In this document: piece by piece, positions 1 through 21,602 of the stretch | Position numbering within the stretch: position 1 is the first letter of the stretch | How the letters are laid out: each line of letters begins with the position of its first letter | NCBI GenBank assembly: GCA_963755125.1 | Contig: CAVWIP010000001.1 | Location: 128,001-192,000 of the forward strand | Direction of reading: 5' to 3' | DNA from: an uncultured delta proteobacterium | GTDB lineage: Bacteria > Myxococcota_A > Polyangia > Fen-1088 | Length of the DNA stretch: 64,000 nt | Notes under the pieces: generated by a model | The model's database searches: none | What the model was told of the DNA's origin: nothing | Seen by the model: the letters and a program-made list of their open reading frames with translations, nothing else | Program-made: the position numbers and the translations under genes

Positions 1-3839
<3,839 letters not shown>

Positions 3840-3877
3840 ATGCAATGACGATGTTCCGCGCAGGGGAGTAGCGAACT

Positions 3878-8062
<4,185 letters not shown>

Positions 8063-8191
8063 CGGTCGCAAGGCTGCTCGGCCCTGGCTCACGGCTTGGA
8101 ACTGAGGGGCGGAGCGCTGTGCAGGGTGGCGCGTGCCTGTGCGCGGCAAGCGAACCGGCCGACAAGTCATGAAAAAAGCGCACGGTCGTCG

Positions 8192-8219
8192 TTGACTTTG
8201 CGATCTCGATTCCTATAAT
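8192..8219 (+). promoter_or_regulatory. Sigma70-type promoter for the str operon
   Basis: TTGACT (8192-8197), 16 nt spacer, perfect TATAAT (8214-8219), 85 nt before the rpsL ATG. Confidence 0.75.
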
Positions 8220-8304
8220 GCACCCCTCCTCGGGCCCGGGGCTGCCGGGTAGGATCGCTGCCCGCGTGAGTGCGGTACGGTCTTCGCGAGAGACGAATCA
8301 AACA

Positions 8305-8676
8305 ATGCCCACCATTAGTCAACTTGTAAGAAGTGGCCGCGATGTCATGCGGCGGAAGACGGACTCGCCTGCCCTCAAGGGCTGCCCGCAGCGACGGGGG
8401 GTTTGCGTCCGCGTGTACACCACGACCCCCAAGAAGCCGAATTCGGCGCTGCGCAAGGTTGCCCGCGTCCGGCTCACCAACGGGATGGAAGTGACGACCT
8501 ACATTCCCGGCGAGGGACACAACTTGCAAGAGCACTCGGTGGTTCTGATCCGCGGTGGACGCGTCAAGGATCTTCCGGGCGTTCGCTATCACATCATCCG
8601 CGGAAGCCTGGACACATCGGGGGTGACCAACCGCCGCCAGGGCCGCTCGAAGTACGGAGCCAAACGACCCAAGTAG
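8305..8676 (+). CDS. rpsL: 30S ribosomal protein S12
   Basis: MPTISQLVR start, [21 protein letters not shown]. Start moved from the ORF-track 8218 to ATG 8305. Confidence 0.98.
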   Translation: MPTISQLVRSGRDVMRRKTDSPALKGCPQRRGVCVRVYTTTPKKPNSALRKVARVRLTNGMEVTTYIPGEGHNLQEHSVVLIRGGRVKDLPGVRYHIIRGSLDTSGVTNRRQGRSKYGAKRPK

Positions 8677-8700
8677 GGTCGCAACCGGGGTCGTCCACAG

Positions 8701-9192
8701 ATGCCACGCAAAGGTGAAGTTCCCAAACGAAAGCTGCTGCCGGATCCGAAGTTCACGGACCAGCCGGCGGATATGCGTCGTCGTATTACCAAGTTCGTCA
8801 ACACGGTGATGAGCTCGGGCAAGAAATCCGTGGCCGAGGGGATCGTGTACGGCGCGTTCGATCTGGTGGCCGAGAAGGCGGGCGATGATCCAGTCAAGGT
8901 GTGGGACAAGGCGATGGCCAACGTGCAGCCCAAGATCGAGGTGAAGTCCCGCCGCGTGGGCGGTGCTACCTACCAGGTTCCGGTGGATGTGCGCCCGGAT
9001 CGGGCATTGGCGCTGGGCATGCGCTGGCTCATCCACTCGGCGCGCGAGCGTTCCGATGGCCGGACCATGCGCGAAAAACTGGCCGCCGAATTGCTCGATG
9101 CCTCGGCCAACAAGGGCGCTGCGGTCAAGAAGCGCGAAGATACGCACAAGATGGCTGAAGCGAACAAGGCGTTTGCGCACTACCGTTGGTAG
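8701..9192 (+). CDS. rpsG: 30S ribosomal protein S7
   Basis: MPRKG start, [25 protein letters not shown]. Confidence 0.98.
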   Translation: MPRKGEVPKRKLLPDPKFTDQPADMRRRITKFVNTVMSSGKKSVAEGIVYGAFDLVAEKAGDDPVKVWDKAMANVQPKIEVKSRRVGGATYQVPVDVRPDRALALGMRWLIHSARERSDGRTMREKLAAELLDASANKGAAVKKREDTHKMAEANKAFAHYRW

Positions 9193-9438
9193 TGTCGGCG
9201 TCAGATGAGGAGCGGAAGAACGATTCGCTAGTCTAGACATAAGGAAGAGAAGATTCGGGCTCGTAGGGGGTTGAAGGGGTGGGCCGAAGCGTCGTGCTTC
9301 GGGGCATCCTTCCAGCCGACCGAGGCAGTCCGGACCAGTTCTCGACCGTAAGACCTTTCAACCTGCGGACCTTGTGGTCGCTCGGGGGCAGATAGCCGGC
9401 CGAACGATCCGCATGCGCGCGGAGGATCAAGTTAAGTC

Positions 9439-11517
<2,079 letters not shown>

Positions 11518-11542
11518 AAGGTCTCGTTGGTAGGAGGACTTT

Positions 11543-12739
11543 ATGGCCAAAGAAAAGTTCATACGAAACAAGCCGCACCTGAACGTAGGGACGATCGGGC
11601 ACGTGGATCATGGGAAGACCACGTTGACGGCAGCGATCACCAAGGCACTGGCGAAGAAGAACCTGGCGAAGTTCACAGCGTACGACCAGATCGACAAGGC
11701 GCCGGAGGAGCGGGAACGCGGGATCACGATCGCGATCGCGCACGTGGAGTACGCGACGGAGAAGCGTCACTATGCGCACGTGGATTGCCCAGGGCACGCG
11801 GACTACATCAAGAACATGATCACCGGGGCGGCGCAGATGGACGGGGCGGTGCTGGTGGTATCGGCGCCGGACGGACCGATGCCGCAGACGCGGGAGCACA
11901 TTCTGTTGGCGCGGCAGGTAGGGGTGCCATCGATCGTGGTGTACCTGAACAAGGTGGACATGGTGGCGAAGGAGGACGCGGAGCTGTTGGACCTGGTGGA
12001 GCTGGAGTTACGCGAACTGTTGTCGAAGTACGAATTTCCCGGGGACACGACGCCGATCGTGCGCGGGAGCGCGCTGAAGGCCTTGGAAGGGGATCCGTCG
12101 GACATCGGGGAAGGGTCGGTATGGAAGCTGATGGAGGCGTTGGACAGTTTCATCCCTGAGCCGAAGCGAGAGACGGACAAGCCGTTTCTGATGCCTGTGG
12201 AGGACGTATTCACGATTTCGGGACGCGGGACAGTGGTGACCGGGCGCATTGAGCGCGGGATCATCAAGGTAGGGGAGGAAGTGGAGATCGTGGGATTCAA
12301 GGACACGCAGAAGACGGTGGTGACTGGGGTGGAGATGTTCCGGAAGCTGTTGGATGAAGGGCGGGCCGGGGACAACGTTGGGGCGTTGCTGCGTGGGACG
12401 AAGCGAGAGGACGTGGAGCGAGGGCAGGTGTTGGCGAAGCCCGGGTCGATCACGCCGCACAAGAACTTCCGAGCGGAGGTGTACGTATTGAAGAAGGAGG
12501 AGGGGGGGCGGCACACGCCATTTTTCAAGGGATACCGGCCGCAGTTTTATTTTCGGACGACGGACGTGACCGGCGAGGTGAAGCTGCCTGAGGGGATGGA
12601 GATGGTGATGCCCGGGGACAACGTGAACATGGAGATCAACCTGATCACGCCGATCGCGTGCGAAGAGAAGCTACGTTTCGCGATTCGGGAAGGTGGCAAG
12701 ACGGTTGGCTCCGGTGTCGTGACCAAGATCCTCGAGTAG
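11543..12739 (+). CDS. tuf: Elongation factor Tu
   Basis: [28 protein letters not shown]. Confidence 0.99.
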   Translation: MAKEKFIRNKPHLNVGTIGHVDHGKTTLTAAITKALAKKNLAKFTAYDQIDKAPEERERGITIAIAHVEYATEKRHYAHVDCPGHADYIKNMITGAAQMDGAVLVVSAPDGPMPQTREHILLARQVGVPSIVVYLNKVDMVAKEDAELLDLVELELRELLSKYEFPGDTTPIVRGSALKALEGDPSDIGEGSVWKLMEALDSFIPEPKRETDKPFLMPVEDVFTISGRGTVVTGRIERGIIKVGEEVEIVGFKDTQKTVVTGVEMFRKLLDEGRAGDNVGALLRGTKREDVERGQVLAKPGSITPHKNFRAEVYVLKKEEGGRHTPFFKGYRPQFYFRTTDVTGEVKLPEGMEMVMPGDNVNMEINLITPIACEEKLRFAIREGGKTVGSGVVTKILE

Positions 12740-12785
12740 GCGGACCGGGCGGAGTTTTCCAAAGGACACCAGAAGGGGGCGCAAC

Positions 12786-13091
<306 letters not shown>

Positions 13092-13099
13092 GGAAGGCC

Positions 13100-13741
13100 A
13101 TGCAGATCGACGTCGTCAACATGGAAGGCCAGAAAGTCGGCCAGATGGAACTGGCCGACGAGGTATTTGGCTGCAAGGTGCGCGAGCATCTGCTTTGGGA
13201 GACCGTCAAGGCGCAGCAGGCCGCGCGTCGCGCGGGCACCCATTCGACCCTCACGCGCGAGTTCGTGCGCGGCGGTGGACGCAAACCCTACCGCCAGAAA
13301 GGTACCGGCAACGCGCGCCAGGGTTCGACGCGCTCGCCGAACTTCGTAGGCGGCGGAAAGGTCTTCGGGCCTCATCCGCGTGACTACGAATACACTCTGC
13401 CCCGCAAGGTCAAGAAGGCAGCGCTGGCCTCGGCCCTGTCCCTGCGCGCGCAAGAGAAGAAGTTGATCATTGTCGAGCGGCTGGTCGTGGAGACGCCCAA
13501 GACCAAGCGCCTGGTGGCGGTTCTCAAGGCTCTGGGCCTCGACTCGGCAGTGGTGGTGGACGGAAAGCACAACGGCAATTTGGCCAAGTCGGTGCGCAAC
13601 CTGACCGTTTGCACCTGCCTGCCACCCGAGGGACTCAACGTCTACGACATTCTCATGCGCTCCGGACTGGTCATCGCCAAGGACGTCGTCAAGGAAGTCG
13701 AGGCGCGTATCGTTGGCTCCGGCGCTGAGGCCGCAGCCTAG
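13100..13741 (+). CDS. rplD: 50S ribosomal protein L4
   Basis: [23 protein letters not shown]. Confidence 0.97.
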   Translation: MQIDVVNMEGQKVGQMELADEVFGCKVREHLLWETVKAQQAARRAGTHSTLTREFVRGGGRKPYRQKGTGNARQGSTRSPNFVGGGKVFGPHPRDYEYTLPRKVKKAALASALSLRAQEKKLIIVERLVVETPKTKRLVAVLKALGLDSAVVVDGKHNGNLAKSVRNLTVCTCLPPEGLNVYDILMRSGLVIAKDVVKEVEARIVGSGAEAAA

Positions 13742-13760
13742 AAAGGCAGAAAGGCAAGTC

Positions 13761-14090
13761 ATGCGCTCCCCTGAAAGAATCATCAAGCGCCCGCTGCTCA
13801 CCGAGAAGGGCTCCTTGCTCAAGGAAACCGGTGGCCGGCCTGAGGAGGACATCGACGCGGAGCAAGTCCAGCCCCAGCTCTTGCTCGAAGTGTCGCGCGA
13901 TGCCAACAAGATCGAAATCAAGCATGCGGTCGAGAAGCTGTGGAACGTCAACGTGCTCAAGGTGCGCACGGCCATCGTGCAGGGCAAGCAGAGGCGGGTA
14001 GGTCGCCACATCGGCCAGCGCTCAAATTGGAAACGCGCATTGGTCACCTTGGCGGCCGGCCAGAAGATCGATTTCTTCGAGGGAGTCTAG
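13761..14090 (+). CDS. rplW: 50S ribosomal protein L23
   Basis: [32 protein letters not shown] 13761. Confidence 0.95.
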   Translation: MRSPERIIKRPLLTEKGSLLKETGGRPEEDIDAEQVQPQLLLEVSRDANKIEIKHAVEKLWNVNVLKVRTAIVQGKQRRVGRHIGQRSNWKRALVTLAAGQKIDFFEGV

Positions 14091-14093
14091 CCC

Positions 14094-14927
14094 ATGGGTC
14101 TTCGCACCATCAACCCGACAACGCCCGGCGTGCGCGGCAGGATCGCACCCGATTTCTCCGACCTCACGCAGGGCAACCAGCCGCTCAAGGCACTGACCGA
14201 GTCCAAGCCGGCGACCGGTGGCCGCAACCATTTCGGTCGCGTGACTTCGCGCTTTCGGGGTAGCGGGCACAAGCGTCGCTTCCGCATCGTCGATTTCCGC
14301 CGCGACAAGCTCGGCGTGCCCGCCAAGGTGGCCAGCATCGAGTACGACCCCAACCGTAGCGCGCGCATCGCTCTTCTGCACTACGTGGACGGCGAGAAGA
14401 GATATATTTTGTGGCCGGTCGGACTTGCGGTGGGCGACACGGTGATTTCTTCGGCCAGCGCCGACATCAAGCCCGGCAACGCCTTGCCGCTGCGGAACAT
14501 CCCGCTCGGCACCACGATCCATAATGTGGAATTGAAGGTGGCGGGCCGGGCGCAGATGGTTCGTTCCGCTGGCAGCGGGGCGCAGCTCATGGCCAAGGAA
14601 GGGGAGTGGGGGCAGGTGCGGTTGCCCTCGGGCGAGGTTCGCCTGGTTCACCTTGATTGCCGGGCCACGGTCGGGCAACTGGGCAACGTCGAACACAGCA
14701 GCGTGCACAACGGCAAGGCCGGGCGAACCCGCTGGCTCGGTCGGCGTCCGCACAACCGTGGCGTTACCATGAATCCCGTCGATCACCCGATGGGTGGTGG
14801 CGAAGGCCGGTCGTCCGGTGGGCGCCATCCTTGTTCGCCCTGGGGCCAGCTCAGCAAGGGACTCAAGACCCGCCAAAACAAGAGGACGGATCGCATGATC
14901 ATCAAGCGCCGGGGAAAGAAGGCGTAG
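14094..14927 (+). CDS. rplB: 50S ribosomal protein L2
   Basis: [21 protein letters not shown]. Confidence 0.98.
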   Translation: MGLRTINPTTPGVRGRIAPDFSDLTQGNQPLKALTESKPATGGRNHFGRVTSRFRGSGHKRRFRIVDFRRDKLGVPAKVASIEYDPNRSARIALLHYVDGEKRYILWPVGLAVGDTVISSASADIKPGNALPLRNIPLGTTIHNVELKVAGRAQMVRSAGSGAQLMAKEGEWGQVRLPSGEVRLVHLDCRATVGQLGNVEHSSVHNGKAGRTRWLGRRPHNRGVTMNPVDHPMGGGEGRSSGGRHPCSPWGQLSKGLKTRQNKRTDRMIIKRRGKKA

Positions 14928-14929
14928 CC

Positions 14930-15295
14930 ATGCCACGCTCAGTAAAGAAGGGCGCATTCGTGGATCGTCACCTGATGAGCAAGGTGACGGATATGCAGGG
15001 GCAAAAGGCCAAGAAGGTCATCAAGACCTGGTCGCGTCGCTCCACCATCATCCCCGACATGGTCGGGTTGACCTTTGCCGTGCACAACGGGCGCAAGTTC
15101 CTTCCCGTGTTCGTGACCGAGAACATGGTCGGGCACAAGCTCGGTGAATTCGCGCCTACCCGGATTTTCCAGACCCACTCCGGGGATCGCAAGGCGGCAG
15201 CCGGGGCCGCGGCTCCGGGTGCGCCGGCGGCTCCGGGTGCGCCGGGGGCTGCGGGTGCGCCGGCGCCGACGGCGCCCGCGGCTGACAAGAAGTAG
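14930..15295 (+). CDS. rpsS: 30S ribosomal protein S19 with Ala/Pro/Gly C-terminal tail
   Basis: [28 protein letters not shown] 14930. Confidence 0.97.
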   Translation: MPRSVKKGAFVDRHLMSKVTDMQGQKAKKVIKTWSRRSTIIPDMVGLTFAVHNGRKFLPVFVTENMVGHKLGEFAPTRIFQTHSGDRKAAAGAAAPGAPAAPGAPGAAGAPAPTAPAADKK

Positions 15296-15314
15296 CAAGA
15301 GAAAGACGACGAAC

Positions 15315-15650
15315 ATGGCACACGCAGTGTTGAGACGGTTCCGGCAGTCGCCGCGCAAGGTGCGCATGGTGGCTGACATGATCCGCGGGCGCAATGTGGC
15401 CGAGGCGCTGTCTATCCTCGAACTTCAGCAGCGCAAGGCCGCTCGCATGTTGTCAAAGGTCTTGAGCTCCGCGGTCGCCAACGCAACCACCAATGAGAAG
15501 GCCGACGCCGACGCGCTGGTGGTGACCAAGGTGAGCGTCGACCCAGGGCCGACCGAGAAACGCTGGCTGGCGCGATCCATGGGCCGCGCCAACCGGATCA
15601 ACCGTCGAACCTCCAACGTGACCGTCGTGGTCAACGTGGCGCAGGAGTAA
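15315..15650 (+). CDS. rplV: 50S ribosomal protein L22
   Basis: [23 protein letters not shown] 15315. Confidence 0.96.
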   Translation: MAHAVLRRFRQSPRKVRMVADMIRGRNVAEALSILELQQRKAARMLSKVLSSAVANATTNEKADADALVVTKVSVDPGPTEKRWLARSMGRANRINRRTSNVTVVVNVAQE

Positions 15651-15655
15651 TTGCA

Positions 15656-16303
15656 ATGGGGCAGAAGACACATCCAGTAGGATTTCGGCTCGGTGTCGTC
15701 CGCGGCTGGAGTTCACAGTGGTATTCGGAGAAGGACTTCGCGAAGTGGTTGCACGAAGACATCCGCCTCAAGAAGTTCGTGAAGGAGAAGCTGGGTCATG
15801 CCGGGGTGGCCTCGGTCGAGGTCGAGCGCGCCGCCAACAAGGTGAAGATCAACATCTACACCGCGCGGCCGGGGATCGTGATTGGCAAGCGCGGCGCCGG
15901 CGTCGAGACCTTGAAGAAGGAAGTCCAGGCGCTCACCTCCAACGAGGTGTTCCTCAACATCCAGGAAGTGCGCAAGGCCGAGACCAACGCGCAGTTGGTG
16001 GCGGAGAACGTCGCGACCCAGCTCGAACGTCGAGTGGCCTTCCGCCGCGCCATGAAGAAGGCGGTGCAGACCGCGATGAAGTTCGGCGCCAAGGGCATTC
16101 GACTGGCGTGCTCCGGCCGTCTGGGTGGCGCCGAGATGGCGCGCTACGAGTGGTATCACGAAGGCCGCGTGCCCTTGCACACCCTGCGCGCGGACATCGA
16201 GTACGGCTTCACCGAGGCGCACACGACCTACGGGGCCATCGGCGTGAAGTGTTGGATCTTCAAGGGCGAGGTTCTTCCGCAACGGTCGGTTCGTCTGGCC
16301 TAG
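15656..16303 (+). CDS. rpsC: 30S ribosomal protein S3
   Basis: [25 protein letters not shown]. Confidence 0.98.
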   Translation: MGQKTHPVGFRLGVVRGWSSQWYSEKDFAKWLHEDIRLKKFVKEKLGHAGVASVEVERAANKVKINIYTARPGIVIGKRGAGVETLKKEVQALTSNEVFLNIQEVRKAETNAQLVAENVATQLERRVAFRRAMKKAVQTAMKFGAKGIRLACSGRLGGAEMARYEWYHEGRVPLHTLRADIEYGFTEAHTTYGAIGVKCWIFKGEVLPQRSVRLA

Positions 16304-16321
16304 GCGCAACGAGAGGAAACC

Positions 16322-16738
16322 ATGCTGGCACCTGATCGAGTCAAGTGGCGCAAGCAGCAGAAAGGCAAGATGCGCGGCGTCTCCAAGGGCGGCGCTTTCG
16401 TCTCTTTCGGCGAATACGGATTGCAGGCGATGACCTGTGGCTTCGTGACCGCACGCCAGATCGAGGCGGCTCGTACCGCGATCTCGCGCCACGTGAAGCG
16501 CGGTGGAAAACTGTACGTGCGCATCTTCCCGGACAAACCCATCTCCAAGAAGCCGGCTGAAACCCGCATGGGCAAAGGCAAGGGCACCCCGGAGGAGTGG
16601 GTGGCCGTGATTCGGCCGGGCCGGGTGATGTATGAGCTTGAGGGTGTCACGGAGGAACTGGCGAAGCAGGCATTTCACCTGGCCAAGCACAAGTTGGCTG
16701 TGCGCACGCGGGTCATCGGACGGGAGCATTCGCTATGA
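16322..16738 (+). CDS. rplP: 50S ribosomal protein L16
   Basis: RIFPDKP, RMGKGKG. Confidence 0.98.
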   Translation: MLAPDRVKWRKQQKGKMRGVSKGGAFVSFGEYGLQAMTCGFVTARQIEAARTAISRHVKRGGKLYVRIFPDKPISKKPAETRMGKGKGTPEEWVAVIRPGRVMYELEGVTEELAKQAFHLAKHKLAVRTRVIGREHSL

Positions 16739-16977
16739 AAGGCAAGATCCAGGCGAAAGACCTGCGCGGAAACGATGCGGGCGAACTGGCCCGTACGCTG
16801 CGAAAGTTGGAAGAGGATCTCTTCCAGTATCGGATGAAGAAGAACACGAACCAGCTCGAGAACACGATGCTGGTGCGCCACACCCGGCGGGACATCGCGC
16901 GGGTGAACACGGTGCTGGCCGAGCGGCTGCGCAAGTCGCCTGCGGCGGCGCCGGCTACCCCCGCGAAGGAGAAATAG
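16735..16977 (+). CDS. rpmC: 50S ribosomal protein L29
   Basis: [11 protein letters not shown]; operon position. Confidence 0.94.
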   Translation: MKGKIQAKDLRGNDAGELARTLRKLEEDLFQYRMKKNTNQLENTMLVRHTRRDIARVNTVLAERLRKSPAAAPATPAKEK

Positions 16978-16980
16978 GCC

Positions 16981-17295
16981 GTGGCCAACCAATCACCCAG
17001 CCCCGCCAAGAGTGACCAGGCCGTTCTCCCTTCGCGGCCTCAATCGCGCAAGCGAAAGCTGATCGGCGTGGTGACCAGCGACAAGATGAATAAGACGCGC
17101 GTGGTGACGGTGGAGCGCCGGCTGGCGCACGCCAAGTACGGCAAGTACATGACCAAGCGAGCGACCTACAAGGCGCACGACGAAAAGAACGAGTACCGGG
17201 TGGGCGATCGCGTGGTGATCGTGGAGTCGCGTCCGCTTTCGCGCGAGAAGCGCTGGCGAGTGGAGCGGCTTGTGGATCGACCCCAGGAAGTTTAG
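16981..17295 (+). CDS. rpsQ: 30S ribosomal protein S17
   Basis: [26 protein letters not shown]. Confidence 0.97.
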   Translation: MANQSPSPAKSDQAVLPSRPQSRKRKLIGVVTSDKMNKTRVVTVERRLAHAKYGKYMTKRATYKAHDEKNEYRVGDRVVIVESRPLSREKRWRVERLVDRPQEV

Positions 17296-17335
17296 CCCGG
17301 CTCGCAGGCAAAGAAACGGACGACAGGTTCAGATC

Positions 17336-17704
17336 ATGGTCCAGACGACGACAACTCTCGATGTGGCCGACAACTCGGGCGCCAAGAAGATTATGTGCAT
17401 CCGGGTGTTGGGTGGCACCAAACGCAAGTACGCTTCCCTGGGCGACGTGATCATCGTCTCCGTCAAGGAGGCTATTCCCAACGCCAAGGTGAAGAAGGGC
17501 GAGGTGGCCCGGGCGGTCATCGTGCGCACCAAGAAGGAGGTGTCGCGCCCGGATGGCTCGTACATCCGCTTTGATGCCAACTCGGCGGTGTTGGTCGACA
17601 AGGACAACGAGCCGATCGGGACCCGCATCTTTGGGCCGGTGGCGCGTGAGCTACGCGCGAAGCGATTCATGAAGATCGTCTCTTTGGCGCCGGAGGTGCT
17701 GTGA
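17336..17704 (+). CDS. rplN: 50S ribosomal protein L14
   Basis: [30 protein letters not shown] 17336. Confidence 0.98.
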   Translation: MVQTTTTLDVADNSGAKKIMCIRVLGGTKRKYASLGDVIIVSVKEAIPNAKVKKGEVARAVIVRTKKEVSRPDGSYIRFDANSAVLVDKDNEPIGTRIFGPVARELRAKRFMKIVSLAPEVL

Positions 17705-18021
17705 TGCACGTTCGCAAGGGCGACAACGTGGTTGTGATTGCCGGCAAGGAGAAGGGTAAGCGCGGCCGCGTTCTGCGCATCCTTTCTGCCAAGGGCCGTG
17801 TGGTGGTCGAGCGGATCAACATGATCAAACGCCACACCAAGCCCACCCAGCGCAACCCACGTGGCGGCATTTTGGAGAAGGAAGGCTCACTCGAAGCCTC
17901 GAATGTGGCGCTGTGGTGCGGGAAGTGTAGCGCGGGCCGGCGTTGCCGGGCCGATATCAAAGAAGGACAGAAGAAGCGGCGCGTGTGTGTCAAGTGCGGG
18001 TCGGTGATTGAATCGGCATAG
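17701..18021 (+). CDS. rplX: 50S ribosomal protein L24 (start at 17701 or 17704)
   Basis: [20 protein letters not shown] motif; C-terminal CxxC...CxxC. Confidence 0.96.
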   Translation: MMHVRKGDNVVVIAGKEKGKRGRVLRILSAKGRVVVERINMIKRHTKPTQRNPRGGILEKEGSLEASNVALWCGKCSAGRRCRADIKEGQKKRRVCVKCGSVIESA

Positions 18022-18047
18022 CCGCCAGGGGCAGAAGGAACAAAGCG

Positions 18048-18788
18048 ATGGCTGAGCAGAACGACAAACCCGAGAAAGGCGAAGAGGCCAAGCCGGCCAA
18101 GGGCGGCAAGCCTGTGCTGACCCCAGAGCAACAGGCGGAAGCCGCGGCGAAGAAGGCAGCGCGTGCGGCAGGAAAGGGCAAGGAGAACAAGGGAAAGGGC
18201 GGAGTTGCAAAAGGTGAGCTTGCCGCGGAGCGGGTCAAGCGCACTCAACCGTCACGCCTGCGCAAGCTCTTCGAAACCGAGCTGCGCACGCGCCTGATGG
18301 CCGAGTTGGGTCTGTCCAACGTCATGCAGGCTCCCCGCATACTCAAGATTACGGTGAACATGGGATTGGGCGAAGCCATCACCAATCCCAAGATCCTGGA
18401 CTCGGGCGTCGAGGACTTGACGTTGATCACTGGCCAGAAGCCGGTGGTCACCAAGTCCAAGAAGGCTATCGCGGCTTTCAAGCTCAAGGGGAATCAGAAG
18501 GTCGGCGCCATGGTGACCCTGCGGCGAGACAGCATGTACGAGTTCCTCGATCGTCTGGTCAGTTTCGCGCTTCCGCGGGTTCGCGACTTCAAGGGCGTCT
18601 CGCCCAAGGGTTTTGACGGACGAGGCAGCTATACGCTCGGGATCCGCGAAGGAAACATCTTTCCCGAGGCGAGCTTCGAGCGCGTGGAGAAGTCCAAGGG
18701 AATGAACATCACTATCACCACCACGGCGCGCACGGACGAGCAAGGCCGTGCTTTGCTGCGCCACCTCGGGATGCCGTTCAGGAGCTAG
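18048..18788 (+). CDS. rplE: 50S ribosomal protein L5 with long N-terminal extension
   Basis: [27 protein letters not shown]. Confidence 0.97.
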   Translation: MAEQNDKPEKGEEAKPAKGGKPVLTPEQQAEAAAKKAARAAGKGKENKGKGGVAKGELAAERVKRTQPSRLRKLFETELRTRLMAELGLSNVMQAPRILKITVNMGLGEAITNPKILDSGVEDLTLITGQKPVVTKSKKAIAAFKLKGNQKVGAMVTLRRDSMYEFLDRLVSFALPRVRDFKGVSPKGFDGRGSYTLGIREGNIFPEASFERVEKSKGMNITITTTARTDEQGRALLRHLGMPFRS

Positions 18789-18794
18789 CGAAAA

Positions 18795-18974
18795 ATGGCG
18801 AAGACCGTCGACATGTTCCCACCCACCCCCAAGTTTGCCGTGCGGCACCGGAATCGCTGCAAGCAGTGCGGCCGTTCGCGCGCATTCATTCGCAAATTCG
18901 AGTTGTGTCGTATTTGTTTCCGGCTGCTCGCCCTGCGCGGCGATGTTCCCGGTGTTGTCAAGTCGAGTTGGTAG
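18795..18974 (+). CDS. rpsN: 30S ribosomal protein S14, Zn-binding (type Z)
   Basis: Not in the ORF track. Manual translation: [59 protein letters not shown]. Confidence 0.97.
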   Translation: MAKTVDMFPPTPKFAVRHRNRCKQCGRSRAFIRKFELCRICFRLLALRGDVPGVVKSSW

Positions 18975-18980
18975 GTTCCC

Positions 18981-19376
18981 ATGACCGATCCCATTGCTGA
19001 TTTTCTGACCCGGATTCGCAACGCCATCCTCGCGCGACAAGGCGACGTCATGTCTCCCTCGTCGCGTCTCAAGGTGCGCCTAGCCGAGTTGCTCAAGGAC
19101 GAGGGCTACATCACCGGCTTTGACGTCCACGATAACTTCGACGGGCATGCCGAGATCGTGGTTCGCTTGCGCTGGCCTCAGCCAGGGACCAATGCTATTA
19201 CCGGCCTGCGCCGGCGTTCTCGTCCTGGGCAGCGCGTGTATGTCGGACACGATCGGATTCCCAAGATCCGATCCGGGTTGGGCATCGCCATCCTGTCCAC
19301 TTCCCACGGCCTCATGACTGATCGGGCGGCCCGCAAGGCCGGGGTCGGGGGCGAACTGCTTTGTGAGGTCTGGTAG
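18981..19376 (+). CDS. rpsH: 30S ribosomal protein S8
   Basis: MTDPIADFLTRIRNA, GGELLCEVW. Confidence 0.98.
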   Translation: MTDPIADFLTRIRNAILARQGDVMSPSSRLKVRLAELLKDEGYITGFDVHDNFDGHAEIVVRLRWPQPGTNAITGLRRRSRPGQRVYVGHDRIPKIRSGLGIAILSTSHGLMTDRAARKAGVGGELLCEVW

Positions 19377-19934
19377 ATGTCGCGCATCGGTCGCAAAGTC
19401 ATTCCGGTCCCCAAGGGCGTGACCCTCAGCCAGAAGCCTGGCCAGTTCTCGGTCAAGGGCCCGAAGGGTGAACTAGCTAAAATCCTCCCTGAGGGAATCA
19501 GCATCAAGTTGGAAGGCAACACGCTTGTCGTTTCCCGGGTGGATGATTCGCGCGAGAAGCGGGCACGCCACGGTCTGGTGCGTGCGCACCTCGCCAACAT
19601 GGTCAAAGGCGTCACCGAGGGTTGGACGCGTGAACTGGAGATTAACGGCGTCGGCTATCGCGCCGAGGTGGCTGGCGACACGGTGACCTTCGCGCTGGGC
19701 TACGCGCACCCCATCGTTTTCAAGCTGCCCAAGGTGGTCAGTGCCAAGGTGGAGAAGAATCGCCTCACCCTGAGCTCAGCCGACAAAGACCTGCTTGGTC
19801 AGATTGCGGCTAAGCTGCGCGAGTTGCGGCCTCCCGAGCCGTACAAAGGCAAGGGTGTCAAGTACGTGGAAGAAGTGATCAAGCGCAAGGTCGGCAAGGC
19901 TGCCGCGACCGGTGCGGCGGCGGGCGGCGGATAG
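19377..19934 (+). CDS. rplF: 50S ribosomal protein L6
   Basis: [17 protein letters not shown]. Confidence 0.98.
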   Translation: MSRIGRKVIPVPKGVTLSQKPGQFSVKGPKGELAKILPEGISIKLEGNTLVVSRVDDSREKRARHGLVRAHLANMVKGVTEGWTRELEINGVGYRAEVAGDTVTFALGYAHPIVFKLPKVVSAKVEKNRLTLSSADKDLLGQIAAKLRELRPPEPYKGKGVKYVEEVIKRKVGKAAATGAAAGGG

Positions 19935-19976
19935 CCTCGACCACGAATTTCGCAAGAAGAGCAAGGAACAGGACTC

Positions 19977-20348
19977 ATGGCACGCAAGAACAAGATCGAA
20001 AGTCGCACGCGCCGGCAGCGCTCGCTGCGCAAGCGGATTTCGGGTACGCCGGAACGGCCTCGCCTGGTGGTCTACCGCAGCGCCAAGCACATCTACGCCC
20101 AGGTGGTGGACGACTTGGTGGGCAAGACCCTGGTGGCAGCATCCGATCTGGTGGCCAAGAAGAACCCGCCGGCCGAAGCGCTCAAGGGCAAGAAGAAGGA
20201 TCGAGCCAAGCAGGTGGGGTCCTTGGTGGCGAAGAAGTGTCTGGAAAAGGGCATCAAGCAGGTTGTCTTCGACCGTGCCGGCTATCGCTACCACGGTCGC
20301 GTCTCGTCGATCGCCAGCGGTGCGCGCGAGGCGGGTTTGAAGTTCTAG
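19977..20348 (+). CDS. rplR: 50S ribosomal protein L18
   Basis: [20 protein letters not shown]. Confidence 0.98.
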   Translation: MARKNKIESRTRRQRSLRKRISGTPERPRLVVYRSAKHIYAQVVDDLVGKTLVAASDLVAKKNPPAEALKGKKKDRAKQVGSLVAKKCLEKGIKQVVFDRAGYRYHGRVSSIASGAREAGLKF

Positions 20349-20371
20349 GGTCAGAGTGACTAGGAGCAAGA

Positions 20372-20878
20372 ATGGCGATTAACTACGAAGAAGTTGGCGA
20401 GCTGGTCGACAGCGTCGTCTTCATCAACCGCGTCGCCAAGGTCGTCAAGGGCGGCCGGCGGTTCTCGTTCTCTGCCTTGGTGGTGGTTGGCGACCAGCGC
20501 GGGTATGTGGGCGCAGGTCTGGGCAAGGCCAATGAAGTCCCCGAGGCGATCCGCAAGGGCACCGAACAGGCCAAGAAGAACCTGTTCAAGATTCCCCTGG
20601 CCGGCACCACCATTCCTCATGAAGTCAAAGGGACGTTCGGCGCGGGCACCGTGCTCTTGCGGCCCGCCAGCCCCGGTACCGGCGTGATCGCGGGCGGCGC
20701 GGTTCGGCCGGTGCTCGAGGTGGCGGGGGTGCAGGACATCCTCACCAAGTGCATCGGAACCTCGAACCCCCACAACGTCATCCACGCGACCATCGATGCG
20801 CTCAAGAAGCTGAACAGCGGCGCAAGCATTGCCGCCCTGCGCGGCATGCGGTTGGAAGATATTACGGCAGCGGGTTAG
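20372..20878 (+). CDS. rpsE: 30S ribosomal protein S5
   Basis: [21 protein letters not shown]. Confidence 0.98.
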   Translation: MAINYEEVGELVDSVVFINRVAKVVKGGRRFSFSALVVVGDQRGYVGAGLGKANEVPEAIRKGTEQAKKNLFKIPLAGTTIPHEVKGTFGAGTVLLRPASPGTGVIAGGAVRPVLEVAGVQDILTKCIGTSNPHNVIHATIDALKKLNSGASIAALRGMRLEDITAAG

Positions 20879-20881
20879 ACC

Positions 20882-21067
20882 ATGGCCAAGAAGCTGAAAG
20901 TCACCTTGATCCGGAGCGGCATCAACCGCCCCGAGCCACAGAAATTGACCATCTGGCAACTGGGTTTGCGCAAGATGGGGCACAGCGCGGTGTTGCCGGA
21001 CAATCCGGCCGTGCGCGGGATGATCCGTTCCGTTGCCCACTTGGTAAAGGTCGAGGTGGCAGAGTAG
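20882..21067 (+). CDS. rpmD: 50S ribosomal protein L30
   Basis: [20 protein letters not shown]; operon position. Confidence 0.95.
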   Translation: MAKKLKVTLIRSGINRPEPQKLTIWQLGLRKMGHSAVLPDNPAVRGMIRSVAHLVKVEVAE

Positions 21068-21099
21068 ATCGCGAGCGAGAGCCGAAAGGAACCTGGAGC

Positions 21100-21555
21100 A
21101 TGGGTACCACGTTACACAACTTGAAGGGGCCGCGCGGCGCCAGACGGAATCGCAAGCGCATCGGTCGCGGTCCGGGCTCGGGCACGGGCGAACAGTCCGG
21201 CAAGGGCGTCAAAGGCCAGAAGGCCCGCACCGGTCACCATGGCGCGCGCCTTGGCTTCGAGGGCGGCCAGATGCCGATGCAGCGCCGGCTGCCCAAACGG
21301 GGATTCAAGAACATCTTCGCAGCCGAGACCTTCGCGGTGAACCTGCGCGACCTCGAGGAACGCTTCGAGGCGGGGACGGTCACCATCAATGAACTGCACG
21401 GGGTGGGCCTGATTCCGCGGCGCTGCCGCTGGGTCAAGGTGCTGGGTTCGGGAGAGTTGAGCAAGAAGTTCGTGGTGAAGGCCAACGCATTTTCGGTCAG
21501 TGCCAAGGACAAGATCGAGAAGAAAGGTGGACGCGCCGAAGTCGTGCAGGACTGA
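21100..21555 (+). CDS. rplO: 50S ribosomal protein L15
   Basis: RIGRGPGSG, GFEGGQMP, RRLPKRGF; ATG 21100. Confidence 0.97.
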   Translation: MGTTLHNLKGPRGARRNRKRIGRGPGSGTGEQSGKGVKGQKARTGHHGARLGFEGGQMPMQRRLPKRGFKNIFAAETFAVNLRDLEERFEAGTVTINELHGVGLIPRRCRWVKVLGSGELSKKFVVKANAFSVSAKDKIEKKGGRAEVVQD

Positions 21556-21602
21556 GAGCGTCGTTCAGAAACGGATGAACGTCGATTTCTAGGGGGAACT
21601 AA

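Noticed and set aside
8420..8580. RpsL streptomycin-resistance positions
   Set aside because: Both lysines (PKKPNS, RVKDLP) are wild type.
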